A stretch of 64,000 nucleotides of DNA from Amphiscolops sp. MND2022. Its lineage: Eukaryota. Within the stretch, counting starts at the first letter, position 1. The number at the start of each line of letters is the position of its first letter. The stretch is from assembly GCA_964187785.1 (NCBI GenBank), contig OZ076409.1, forward strand, positions 38,690,001 through 38,754,000, read 5' to 3'. The translations under genes were made by a program, and so were the position numbers. The notes beneath the pieces are model-generated. The model was not told where the DNA came from and ran no database searches. It saw nothing but the letters and a program-made list of their open reading frames with translations. Of this stretch, positions 34,442 to 46,500 are shown piece after piece.

Positions 34442-35277
34442 TAGGGACCGGATAAATAGGTGAAATAAAACGCCAAATAGGCGCCTAAAAAGGTGCTTAA
34501 ATTAACAAAAAAGGTGATTAAAATAGGTGAATTAAATTCGCCTCAAAAACATCAATTTTTCCAAATTTTCACATTTAATATTTGCTGAACTGATGTCTTT
34601 TGCCCGTAAAACGCTGAAAAGTCTCTCTACCTCAGTTGATACCAATGGCGCATATGCAAGTTTACCAACATTCTCGCGAAGCACACTCAATCCTTGGTTT
34701 TTTTCCAGAGTTTCACGGAGTTTGTCCTCGGCTGAAGTGCCGTACACTTCAAATTTCGAAAAAGGGACGCCCGCCTGGGCTAAAGCCAGTGCCCATTTTT
34801 CGGCCCTAGAATCGACAGGAAAAGTAATGTTGGACTGTGTATGTGACCTTTGTAATTGTTCATTCCTTCTATGCTTTTCCGATTCCAGGTGTTGGGAGAC
34901 ATGCGATTTTTTTTCATGCGAAACTTTGCATTCGCAAATTTTGCAAAATAGAATCCCGGATGTAACCTTTAAAGCATTACTTAGGGCACAATATCGTCGT
35001 AGTAAAGCGTTGCTATCTTTTACTGGAGGCATGTTTTACTTAAATGACCTCTTGCTACTAGTATTTCTCAGAAATACCATGAAAATTGGAAACATTATTC
35101 CAAGTATTTCTAAGAAATATGCAAAAAAGGCTACTGGTATTTCTCAGAAATACCATGAAAATTGGAAACATTATTCCAAGTATTTCTAAGAAATATGCAA
35201 AAAAGGTGTTTCTTAGAAAAGAGGCCAAATAGGTGAAAAAGGTGAAAATAGGTTTTTGCCTATTTATCCGGTCCCTA
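34442..35277 (-). mobile_element. 836-bp internally deleted hAT element (CGGBP1-related transposase type)
   Basis: Perfect 19-bp TIR TAGGGACCGGATAAATAGG; perfect 8-bp TSD GCAATAAA; 76-bp tandem duplication at about 35055-35206. Confidence 0.9.
34532..35032 (-). CDS. 166-aa truncated hAT transposase: N-terminal C2H2/BED-like zinc finger fused in frame to the C-terminal dimerisation motif
   Basis: LFCKICECKVSHEKKSHVSQHLESEKH zinc finger; KLRETLEKNQG and YAPLVSTEVERLFS C-terminal motifs; no room for the DDE core; aaacATG start and intact stop. Confidence 0.7.
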   Translation of the reverse strand: MPPVKDSNALLRRYCALSNALKVTSGILFCKICECKVSHEKKSHVSQHLESEKHRRNEQLQRSHTQSNITFPVDSRAEKWALALAQAGVPFSKFEVYGTSAEDKLRETLEKNQGLSVLRENVGKLAYAPLVSTEVERLFSVLRAKDISSANIKCENLEKLMFLRRI

Positions 35278-36364
35278 GCAATAAACATGGTTGACACTAA
35301 TTGAAAACTTCAAAAAAACTCCATTCCATGTTTTGGCTGATAGAGAAGGCCGCACCCCAAAATAGTTGTTGCTGATCACTTTTCATAATCCTCCGACTAG
35401 GGAATTGGAATCAAAACGTCTGGAAACATTGTACCAAAATTTTGACTAATCCAGTTTTTTTTTCTCGCCCCAAAAGCATATTCGATCTCGCAGCTTGACA
35501 GGCAATTATCAGGAAAACTTGCATTCTTCCCAGTTTTGAAATTATTTTTTGGTCTTTCTCAGTTTTGATCTTTGGTTCCTTCTGCAAAAGTTTTTGTTTA
35601 TGCTGCTTCTATTTCCGACATACAATTGCTTCATCTCATTGTCAATTAAGAAACACTGTTTTCCGAGATAAAAACAGGGATCTATCTGTTTCAATCTTAT
35701 ATTCAATTTTGATGGAGCTAGCTCTTTGAAACAAACGGTAAAAAAATTTGATTTCAACGGAATGGGGACCCAGGTTTTCAATCTTTGCGAATCTGTGCAG
35801 ATTCGAAAAAAATGACCTACTCAGAAACACACAAGAAACCACAGAGCGATGTCAAACAAACAATAAAAAAAGGTTCAAAAGTGTAGAGAAGTCTCATTTA
35901 TGTCAAAGTGATGAAACATCTTTCTGCGCCAATCTGTACAGAGCTGTAAAGAAATTTACAGAACTATGCAGATCTATTGGGAATCCTGAATGCTGGATTC
36001 GTGGTCTTGAAATGCACAGTCTTTGTCTTGTAACACTGGAATTGAAGTGAAGTTACTCTGGAATTGGTCATTGGAGAAAACGCCATGTGTCAACTTCTGA
36101 CACTCAGCTGATACGAGGTAACATTGGAAGCTGGCGCTATTCAAGGTCTGATTTTCTGCAAACAGTTGGAAGCTTCGTTTGTGGCGCGGCACCCCATCGA
36201 ATTAGTGACACCTTTTCTTCAAAACAACTCACTGTTCCAAAACTAATTTTTCGTATACTGTGTAGTTCCGTGTTTCCTAATTTGTTTTTGAAATTTTCCA
36301 TCAAAGAACAATATTATTTCTTTATTTTTTCACTTGAGTTGAGACGTGCTCAGGTACAGACTAT

Positions 36365-38413
36365 GGTATGCGGAAAACTCGCCGAAAACAAGTCGTCGAA
36401 AACAACTCGCCGAAAAGAGAGGTAGGAAAACTCGTCGAAAATTAACTCGTCGAAAATCAAAGAAATGCAAACTCGCCGAATAATTAAACAACGCCAATCA
36501 AGCACAAACACCACATCCAAACGCGTCTCAGGTAAATTGAACAATTGCTGCCAATTATTTGAGTCCAGTTAAATATAACTCCTAATTGAAAAGATAAAGG
36601 TGTTAATTGAAAGGAGATATAACTTTGCCAAAATTCTTAGTTTCAAAAATCCAAATCACTAACGTTGCTTACATTGCTATCATTCAACTTTATTAATATC
36701 AATCGAAATCATTCACCATGAGCATTGAATACGTGAACTCGCAAAGGTCAAAAAAACTGTTATTCAATCAATTTGTCTATCTAAAAGATAGAGAATCACA
36801 AGGTACCACGTATTGGAGATGTGAAACAGAGGCACTTGCTCATCAAGAATCCATGTGTATTGCGATACCGTCGTAAAAGACAACAACAGCCACAACCATG
36901 CCCCAGATGCTGCAAGAATTGAAGTCCTGAAAGCACTCACAAAAATGGACGAGCTAACAACGACCTCTGATATGATGCCGCAGTGCATAATCGGCTCTGT
37001 TTCTCTGCAGCTACCGGACAGTGCTAAAGTGCAACTTCCAAAAATATCTTCCCTGAAAAGATCTCTCCGCAACAAACGAGTTGATACTATTGCGGCACCC
37101 CAAAAATACGAGCGAGATACTTTCGTATTTCCGGATTTGACCGAGAACCTGCCTTCCGGAGAATCCTTCGTGCTGTATGACAGCATTGGCGATAATCCCT
37201 GCTTCATAATATTTGGCACTCCGGCTTCATTAGCTGCTTTGACGTCTTGCTTTCATATTTTCATGGACGGCACGTTCAAATTGTCTCCTAGTATTTTCTT
37301 CCAACTTTACACCCTTCACGGATTTTGCGGGGATATTACTTTACCGTTCCTGATGTGTTTGTTACCAGAGAAACAGCAAAATACGTACAATCGACTCTAC
37401 CTGCGATAAAAATGCTTCGCCCCGATTTCAACCCTGCGACAGAGTTTGCAATTTCATGGACTAAATATTTGCAATACAAATCGGGAATGGGACAGGCAAA
37501 GACCAAAAAGTCTCAGTTGCTCACCCAGAGGTTGGCCAAAATAGTGATGGCAAAAAAAATCTTTAGTGAGACTGAGTATTTGAAAGCCATTGCTTCCAGT
37601 TTCATTTTATAGTCAGATGTAAGTGTATGCAGCATTGTGTTTGTACATGTACTCAATTATTATAATTTAATATCTTGACATAATCCAAAATTTTGAAAAA
37701 AATACGATTTCTCCCGAAATAATAAGCTTTGAGAGCCCATATTTTGACGCAAGAATTAGGGCGTTTTCAATGTTTTTCTATTCCCTCATCGTCTCAACCC
37801 GACACCCCAAGATCCCGGAAGTGGGAATTTTAGGGAATCGGGCTTATCAATTTCCGTAACTTTAATGAAAAATTGCCAAAGACTAGGCTCGAACTCGGAC
37901 ATCACACATTAGCGGCGTAGACATTACCACTTGTCCAAGTTCATTCATTTTTCATTTTTTAGGAATACTATTTATCGAAAACTCAACGCACAAGGAGCAT
38001 TTTGATTTACACATCTGTTTTACGTACGCACGCTGTGGTTGTATATTTTTCTTACACGTGTACGTTGAAACTCAATGCAGTTGAGAAAAAGTTGTTGACT
38101 GGTGTTCAAAGTTGTTTTCTAATTTTCGTTTGAAAATAGTGCCGCTTGTTCGAAAATCAGCGTCACTGTCAATCAAAAGTAATTAGTTCACATGTGCGTC
38201 CTCTAAGACGCTTACTTTGAATATTTTATTTTATCAATGGCTGAATCAATTATCTGCTTGACTGAGGTTAGTTTACTTTGGTATTCGACGAGCTTTCCGC
38301 TTTTGTGTTTTCGGCGAGTTGCTTTTCGACGAGTTTTCCGTCCTTTAATTTCGGCGAGTTGTTTTCGACGAGTTGTTTTCGGCGAGTTGTTTTCGACGAG
38401 CTTTCCTAGATTC
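36365..38413 (+). mobile_element. Mutator-like element (MULE) with a decayed FLYWCH + MULE transposase
   Basis: Perfect 9-bp TSD ACAGACTAT; TIRs built of AACTCGYCGAAA repeats; WRCETEA / CSSRIH...HNH FLYWCH-like part and FMDGTFKLSPSIFFQLYTLHG...CLLPEKQQNTY DDE start. Confidence 0.92.
36717..37612 (+). pseudogene. MULE transposase pseudogene (frameshifts, internal deletion)
   Basis: ORFs 36855-37409 and 37325-37612; most of the catalytic core is missing between DF and EYLKAIA. Confidence 0.8.
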
Positions 38414-39829
38414 ACAGACTATCACAATGAATCCAGAATGAAAATCTGAACGCTGCAGAAAAAACGAAAATCTTTGAAGAAAATTGGCACACTTCTTTAA
38501 AGATTCTGCAGATCTGTATGGTTCTTCAAGATTCAGTGCCGCGATCTTTGCAGAACCCTACAGAACAAAACCTGCAGATCTGCACAGAATTTCAAAGTCG
38601 CAAACTTGGGGAACTTGTATCAGAAATTTTGGTTATATAAATATATTTGGCAGAAGTTGCTGAAGACTATATTGATATCACATCTTAGAATCATAAAGAA
38701 CAAATCCCCAAAGAATTAGCCATCAAATAGCTGAAATTCAATAGCAGCTTCAGTTTTTTTGTCAGATTTTCTGTGAACTTGAAACTCTTTGAACGGAAAC
38801 ATTGTTAGCATTCGTTATACTAAAAGTTTAACGAAACAAGGTTATATTTTTCTTCTGAACAAAAATTCGTGTCTCTATCTTGTGTAGGAGTTGAAATCTT
38901 CGTTCAATATTTCGAAGCAGAGACAGAATAAGCCTAACTCCCTATGGCAGAATATTAGAAATGGCAGCAAGCAGCTTTATTGAAGTAAAAGAAAATCGAA
39001 AACACACTTTTGCTACAGATGTAGATACATTGAATGAACAACTTCAAAGTAAAGAAGAATGCCAAACGTTTGTCTTGAACATACTTTGCCACTTCAATAT
39101 GCGAAAACTTTTCAGTATGCTTTTCAATGTATGAACTTGGCCTGTCAGGTCACCTACACCCGCAGGCATTAACTTGGTGCGATACTCGACTTGTTCATCT
39201 GATCTCACGAGGCTCTCTCTAACTATCAAACCAGCTCTAGATTGATTTCAGAATATTCTCCTGTTCGGATACACCTCCAGCTGTCATCGTTCACATATCA
39301 GGAACCAAGCACCTTCTCCCTTAGCAGGTTCGCTACGCACAGGAAATTTTTAATGCAATTCTCATTTGGACGTGACTCTTGCTGATGAATGCTCCAATTT
39401 GTCCAAAAGTTTCTGTAGCCATTGGCTGACCAAAATTGATGAAGCGTCTATTCAGCTTTGAACTGAAACCTAAGAGAAAGATGAATTCCTATTTTTCATT
39501 GCTGAAATAGTCCACCATCTGAACAAACTTCGGACATCTAGAAAACGTTTTAAAAAATCATATCATTCTCTGAACTAGTAAAAGTCACTGCTCTGATGGA
39601 TCTTCACAAACTCCTTTTTTAACAACTGTAAATGTCTTACTACAGTTGAAACTTTGTCGCTCCGCAAAAACTGGACGTCGCTTTATCACTCCCTCAAGTG
39701 GTAAAATGCTACAATTACAAGGCTTGTAACGACAGTGATAAAACTGAATTTTTAAGCACATATTCTAGCTTTGTCCACTAGAAGCCATATGGAACCGTGC
39801 CACGCTTTGCTACGGCTCTCGAAGGTATT

Positions 39830-40104
39830 TGTTAACAGTTTGATCTCATTCAGGTCATACTTGACAGATGCTCAAAAGTTAAAGAATTCTTCCAATCAGG
39901 GATGTATTTATGGCTAATTAGTAATTATGAGAGGCTACTTTTCTAACTGAAGGTTGACCTATCACTGACATTATTATTTATTATTCGTGACTAACGCCTC
40001 GCAGGAATTGGTAATTGTTATTAACTTTTTTCTTAACTTGTAAATATCACAAACGAATAAATTCCTTTGAGAACAGATTGCTCATCACCAAGTCCATTTC
40101 CAAC
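39830..40104 (+). repeat. copia 5' LTR
   Basis: TG...CAACA; direct repeat of 58185-58225 plus 59966-60195. Confidence 0.85.
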
Positions 40105-40514
40105 ATGTTATTGTTGCGAAGTAATCCGAAATTGAAGCAAATTCCCAATCACCACAAGTAGTGAATTTTTTGCATTCAACTTTGAAATTGTCCAGGGCAG
40201 GTTAAAAAAGTAAAAGGGTGATGGCAACTGACAGCAATAGTCTCAAGTGGCTACACTTCTCGAGAAAATTGGAGGATTTTTCAAATTGGAGCACCAGATT
40301 CGTTGCATTCATGCAGACGAAGTGTCTTTACAAAACGTTGATGGGAGAAGAAGAACTCATGGTCAGGCCTCGAGATCTCACAGAAAACGCTTCAGAGGAG
40401 CAACAAGCTGCGCATAATGCACAACAAGAGCAATATCGTGTCAAGGTTGAAGAGAAAACAAACCGAAACAACACTGTTTGGTGTTATTTGGCTCCTACAA
40501 CTTGGAAAACCAGA

Positions 40515-43500
40515 AAGTTAGGTTGCTCTTGAAGGATATCTAGTATGTACCTCAATACAAGTTCAATTTACTCTCAGTCGACGAAATAATTGAGAAAAGT
40601 CATTCAGTCTTGTTTAAAGAGCAAAAGTATAGTCTGAAACTATGTAGATCCCAGGATTATTTTGATCACGAGAGAAAAGACAGATTCTTTTTCCTACGAG
40701 CTGAGTGTACAAAATTTGTAAAGCAGTCAAAACTGAAGATTCTGAATTTTGGCATAAAAGTCTAGGTCATTTGAATATGAATGCCGTCAGAAAAACTGTT
40801 CCCACGCTGAGAGCCTGGAATTAGATTTCTGTGATTTGTGTGCTTTATGTAAAATAATCAAAGTACAACTTCCAAGAAAAACTGAAGTCAGAAGCAAAAA
40901 ACCCATGGAAAGCGTTTTTGTAGACATTTCTGGACCTCTGAATCCTGTGAGCGTGCATGGATATCAATACGTACTTATGCTAGTGAATGAGTACAGTAAA
41001 TTTAAAGCCGTAAAGTTCCTACGAGTGAAAAGTGATGCTGAATTTGTTGCTGAACATGGTTGTCCAAAAGATTCGAGGTCCGACAATGGTACAGAACTCA
41101 CCAATAAAAATTTCGAAAACTTCTGTATGGAAAGTCAAATAAGGCAGGAATTTACAGTGCCTGAAACCCCTGAGCAGAATGGTATGGCTGAAAGAGCCAA
41201 CAGATTATAGTAGAAAGGATCTACTCGAAGCAGAATTGTCAAAAATTTATTGGCTCAGAGCCATTGCTCGTTTGTTTGTCAGAGCCTTGCCAAACAGCCT
41301 ATTGTTTGCGGAATCTCGTTGTCAATCAATACGAATGGCCTAACACTTGTACAAACGTTCAATGACAAAAAACCGCAAATTGAGAATCTAAAGGTCTTTG
41401 AATGTACAATTGTTGTCCAAAATCGCGAAAGTTCACGACCAGATTTTGACAATAAGGCGTCAAAATGTAAAGTTTTAGGATGCGATGAACATAGTCCTGG
41501 GTTCGTAGTGGAACACGTGAGCACATGGAAAGCTTTCGTTGCCAGGAATGTAATCTTAAACGAAAAAGAACCCTCATTTGAAACAGTTAGAGACGTTGAC
41601 TGCGCTAACTTCGATGACTAGAGTTTGTCATCTCTCCGTCAAAATCCCATTGACAAAAACAACGGTAATGAATCAAATTATCTTCGAATGGGTTCACCAG
41701 ACGTAACAGTAAGTCAAGAGATTAGTTTGGAAGAAGTCAAAGACGAACCTGTAGAAACTGAGCTTGAAAATTTGTCTGTTGATGGTATTTCTAGTGAAGA
41801 AGCTCTAATTCTCAAAATATTCAAATTTTTGATTGCAAAATGGAACCAATTGTAGTTCCATGTCAAATTACAGGTTGTGATTCGCAGCAAGCTGTTTCGC
41901 AGAGATATTTGAGATATACGACAAGTAATTTCAAACCAGCTATGGCTAAACGAGAATTAAAGGTTCCTTTTCATTTCGGAAAATGTTTCAATCCCTATTT
42001 TTTTTCTAAGTGAGGAATTAGAACCACTGATGTACAAGCAAGCAATTGCTTTAACCAGTTTTGAGCTGTGGATTAAAGCAATGAATGAAGAACTGCAAAG
42101 ATTGAAAGAAAACGAGACTTGGTCGCTATTCAAACCACCAAGAAGTCGGATAATTGTGCCCGGGAAATGGAATTTCAAAATCAAACGGAACGAACATTGA
42201 GCAGTTAAAAGGTACAAAACTCTATTCGTTGCAAAGGGTTCGCTCAAATAGAACGTCTAGACTACGGATAAAGATTCGCTCCCACCAGTACTCTTGAAAC
42301 ATTCAGATGAGTTTTAGTTTCAGCAACGCAACATGATTTACGTTTAGAGGAGTAATATGTTAAGTCAGCATTCTAACATGCAAATATTGCTGAAGAGTGA
42401 ATTTTAAACAGCCCGAAAGATATCAAGAAAAAGCCGAGCATGGCACAAAACTAGTGTGCAAGCTCAATGAATCAAATTATCGTTTGAAACAAGCCAGCAA
42501 AAACTGGTAGGGAAGACTCAAAACTTCTTGGTGGACGAAAGTTTCAAACAAAGTAAAAGCGATTACTGTTTGTATGTCAGAAAAGAACCTGGAAAAATAG
42601 TTTACGTGTTAGTTTGGGTAGATGATCTTTTAGTGGCTGGTACTAGTCTCGAAATAATTCAAGGACGGAAAAAGAATGTCTTAGAAAACTTCGAAATGGA
42701 AGAAAAAGGGGAGCTAAGAAGGTTCTTCGACATCAGAATTAAGAAACGGCCAGGACGAATAAGTCTAGATCAAGAACAGTACATAGAACTATATTTACTA
42801 TAGAAGCAGGGCATGGGTAATTGTAAACTCTTGAAAACCACTCTTTCTCCGAGTGAGAAAAGAAATTCATGAAAGCCACTGATGACCATGAACTTGCAGA
42901 TGAAAGTACATATCGAAGCCTAATCGGATCTTTGTTATTTCTTGCCAAGCCTACTCGATCAGATATCTTGTGTGGAGTGAATGTACTATCGAGGTTCATG
43001 GCGAAATCAACCGAAGCACACATGAATGCTGTGTTGAGTTTCCTGCAATACCTACGTGGATCATCGAACCTGAGAATAACCTATTACAAACAAAGTAACG
43101 CTATTTTGTTGGGAGAAAGTGATGCAGACAAGAGTGGCGATCTAAATAGGTGCAAGTCAATCGGGGTTTCTATTTCAAGTATGGTAAGCAGTGGTGCTGA
43201 ATAATAGCAGTTAACGAAGCAACAAACTGTTGCACTCTCGAGTTGCGAAACAGATAACCAAGGGCTGGCAGCAGCAGCACAAGAAGTGTTTTGTCTTTGA
43301 CAACGTTTAGCTGATCTACACGGTGGGGTATTTTGAAATCGAATTTTTGTGTGAGCAAAAAGCGAGATCGGAAATGGATCGAATCGAAAACTTTGAGATC
43401 GAAATGGTTTGTTTCTGCTAGGTTTTTGCTCCTGCAAAGCATTTAAAAGCGTTTGAAATTACTTATGTACTTTTCCCCATTGAATATGGGGTCAAATACG

Positions 43501-46500
43501 GTGTATACACGGTCGCCCTCACCGCCGCAAAGACCAGCTCCCACTACGATCGCTTCGCGATCTCTGCGCCCGCTAGGTGTCCGTTCCTGTTCGACCTAAC
43601 TTTCCAAGATGGGAACATAAGTTAGGTTGCTCTTGAAGGATGTTTAGTATGTACCTCAATACAAGTTCAATTTACTCTCAGTCGACGAAATAATTGAGAA
43701 AGGTCATTCAGTCTTATTTAAAGAGCAAAAGTATAGTCTGAAACTATGTAGATCCCAGGATTATTTTGATCACGAGAGAAAAGACAGATTCTTTTTCCTA
43801 CGAGCTGAGTGTACAAAATTTGTAAAGCAGTCAAAACTGAAGATTCTGAATTTTGGCATAAAAGTCTAGGTCATTTGAAGATGAATGCCGTCAGAAAAAC
43901 TGTTCCCACGCTGACAGCCTGGAATTAGATTTCTGTGATTTGTGTGCTTTATGTAAAATAATCAAAGTACAACTTCCAAGAAAAACTGAAGTCAGAAGCA
44001 AAAAATCCATGGAAAGCGTTTTTGTAGACATTTCTGGAACTCTGAATCCTGTGAGCGTGCATGGATATCATTACGTACTTATGCTAGTGAATGAGTATAG
44101 TAAATTTAAAGCCGTAAAGTTCCTACGAGTAAAAAGTGATGCTGAATTTGTTGCTGAACATGGTTGTCCAAAAGATTCGAGATCCGACAATGGTACAGAA
44201 CTCACCAATAAAAGTTTCAAAAACTTCTGTATGGAAAGTCAAATAAGGCAGGAATTTACAGTGCCTGAAACCCCTGAGCAGAATGGTATGGCTGAAAGAG
44301 CCAACAGATTATAGTAGAAAGGATCAGATGTTTACTACTCGAAGCAGAATTGTCAAAATATTATTGGCTCAGAGCCATTGCTCGTTTGTTTGTCAGAGCC
44401 TTGCCAAACAGCCTATTGTTTGCGGAATCTCGTTGTCAATGAATAAGAATGGCCTAACACATGTACAAACGTTCAATGACAAAAAACCGCAAATTGAGAA
44501 TCTAAAGGTCTTTGAATGCACAATTTTTGTCCAAATTCGCGAAAGTTCACGACCAGATTTTGACAATAAGGCGTCAAAATGTAAATTTTTAGGATGCGAT
44601 GAACATAGTCCTGGGTTCGTAGTGGAAAACGTGAGCACATGGAAAGCTTTCGTTGCCAGGAATGTAATCTTAAACGAAAAAGAACCCTCATTTAAAACAG
44701 ATAGAGACGTTGATTGCGCTAACTTCGATGACTAGAGTTTGTCATCTCTCCGTCAAAATCCCATTGACAAAAACAACGGTAATGAATCAAATTATCTTCG
44801 AATGGGTTCACCAGACGTAACAGTAAGTCAAGAGATTAGTTTGGAAGAAGTCAAAGACGAACTTGTAGAAACTGAGCTTGAAAATTTGTCTGTTGATAGT
44901 ATTTCTAGTGAAGAAGCTCTAATTCTCAAAATATTCAAATTTTTGATTGCAAAATGGAACCAATTGTAGTTCCATGTCAAATTACAGGTTGTGATTCGCA
45001 GCAAGCTGTTTCGCAGAGATATTTGAGATATACGACAAGTAATTTCAAACCAGCTATGGCTAAACGAGAATTAAAGGTTCCTTTTCATTTCGGAAAATGT
45101 TTCAATCCTTGTTTTTTTTCTAAGTGAGGAATTAGAACCACTGATGTACAAGCAAGCAATTGCTTTAACCAGTTTTGAGCTGTGGATTAAAGCAATGAAT
45201 GAAAAACTGCAAAGATTGAAAGAAAACGAGACTTGGTCGCTACTCAAACCACCAAGAAGTCGGATAATTGTGCCCGGGAAATGGAATTTCAAAATCAAAC
45301 GGAACGAACATTGAGCAGTTAAAAGGTACAAAACTCTATTCGTTGCAAAAGGTTCGCTCAAATAGAACGTCTAGACTACGGATAAAGATTCGCTCCCACC
45401 AGTACTCTTGAAACATTCAGATGAGTTTTAGCTTCAGCAACGCAACATGATTTACGTTTAGAGGAGTAAGATGTTAAGTCAGCATTCTAACATGCAAATA
45501 TTGCTGAAAAATGAATTTTAAACAGCCCAAAAGATATCAAGAAAAAGCCGAGCATGGCACAAAACTAGTGTGCAAGCTCAATGAATCAAATTATCGTTTG
45601 AAACAAGCCAGCAAAAACTGGTAGGGAAGACTCAAAACTTCTTGGTGGACGAAAGTTTCAAACAAAGTAAAAGCGATTACTGTTTGTATGTCAGAAAAGA
45701 ACCTGGAAAAACAGTTTACGTGTTAGTTTGGGTAGATGATCTTTTAGTGGCTAGTACTAGTCTCGAAATAATTCAAGGACGGAAAAAGAATGTCTTAAAA
45801 AACTTCGAAATGGAAGAAAAAGGGGAGCTAAGAAGGTTCTTCGACATCAGAATTAAGAAACGGCCAGGACGAATAAGTCTAGATCAAGAACAGTACATAG
45901 AACTATATTTACTATAGAAGCAGGGCATGGGTAATTGTAAACTCTTGAAAACCACTCTTTCTCCGAGTGAGAAAAGAAATTCATGAAAGCCACTGATGAC
46001 CATGAAGTTGCAGATGAAGTACATATCGAAGCCTAATCGGATCTTTGTTATTTCTTGCCAAGCCTACTCGATCAGATATCTTGTGTGGAGTGAATGTACT
46101 ATCGAGGTTCATGGCGAAATCAACCGAAGCACACATGAATGCTGTGTTGAGTTTCTTGCAATACCTACGTGGATCATCGAACCTGAGAATAACCTATTAC
46201 AAACCAAGTAACGCTATTTTGTTGGGAGAAAGTGATGCAGACAAGAGTGGCGATCTAAATAATTGCAAGTCAATCGGGGTTTCTATTTCAAGTATGGTAA
46301 GCAGTGGTGCTGAATAATGGCAGTTAACGAAGCAACAAACTGTTGCACTCTCGAGTTGCGAAACAGATAACCAAGGGCTGGCAGCAGCAGCACAAGAAGT
46401 GTTTTGTCTTTGACAACGTTTAGCTGATCTACACGGTGGGGTATTTTGAAATCGAATTTTTGTGTGAGCGAAAAGCGAGATCGGAAATGGATCGAATCGA

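Larger units (their letters stand above)
35769..38610. mobile_element. CMC/EnSpm-like non-autonomous element interrupted by a MULE
   Basis: Imperfect TIR CCCAGGTTTTCAATCTTTGCGAATCTGTGCAGAT / ATCTGCACAGAATTTCAAAGTCGCAAACTTGGG; GA on both flanks (2-bp TSD). Confidence 0.65.

Noticed and set aside
36365..36490. Iteron- or CRISPR-like AACTCGYCGAAA repeats
   Set aside because: They are subterminal repeats of the MULE TIR, mirrored at 38285-38413.
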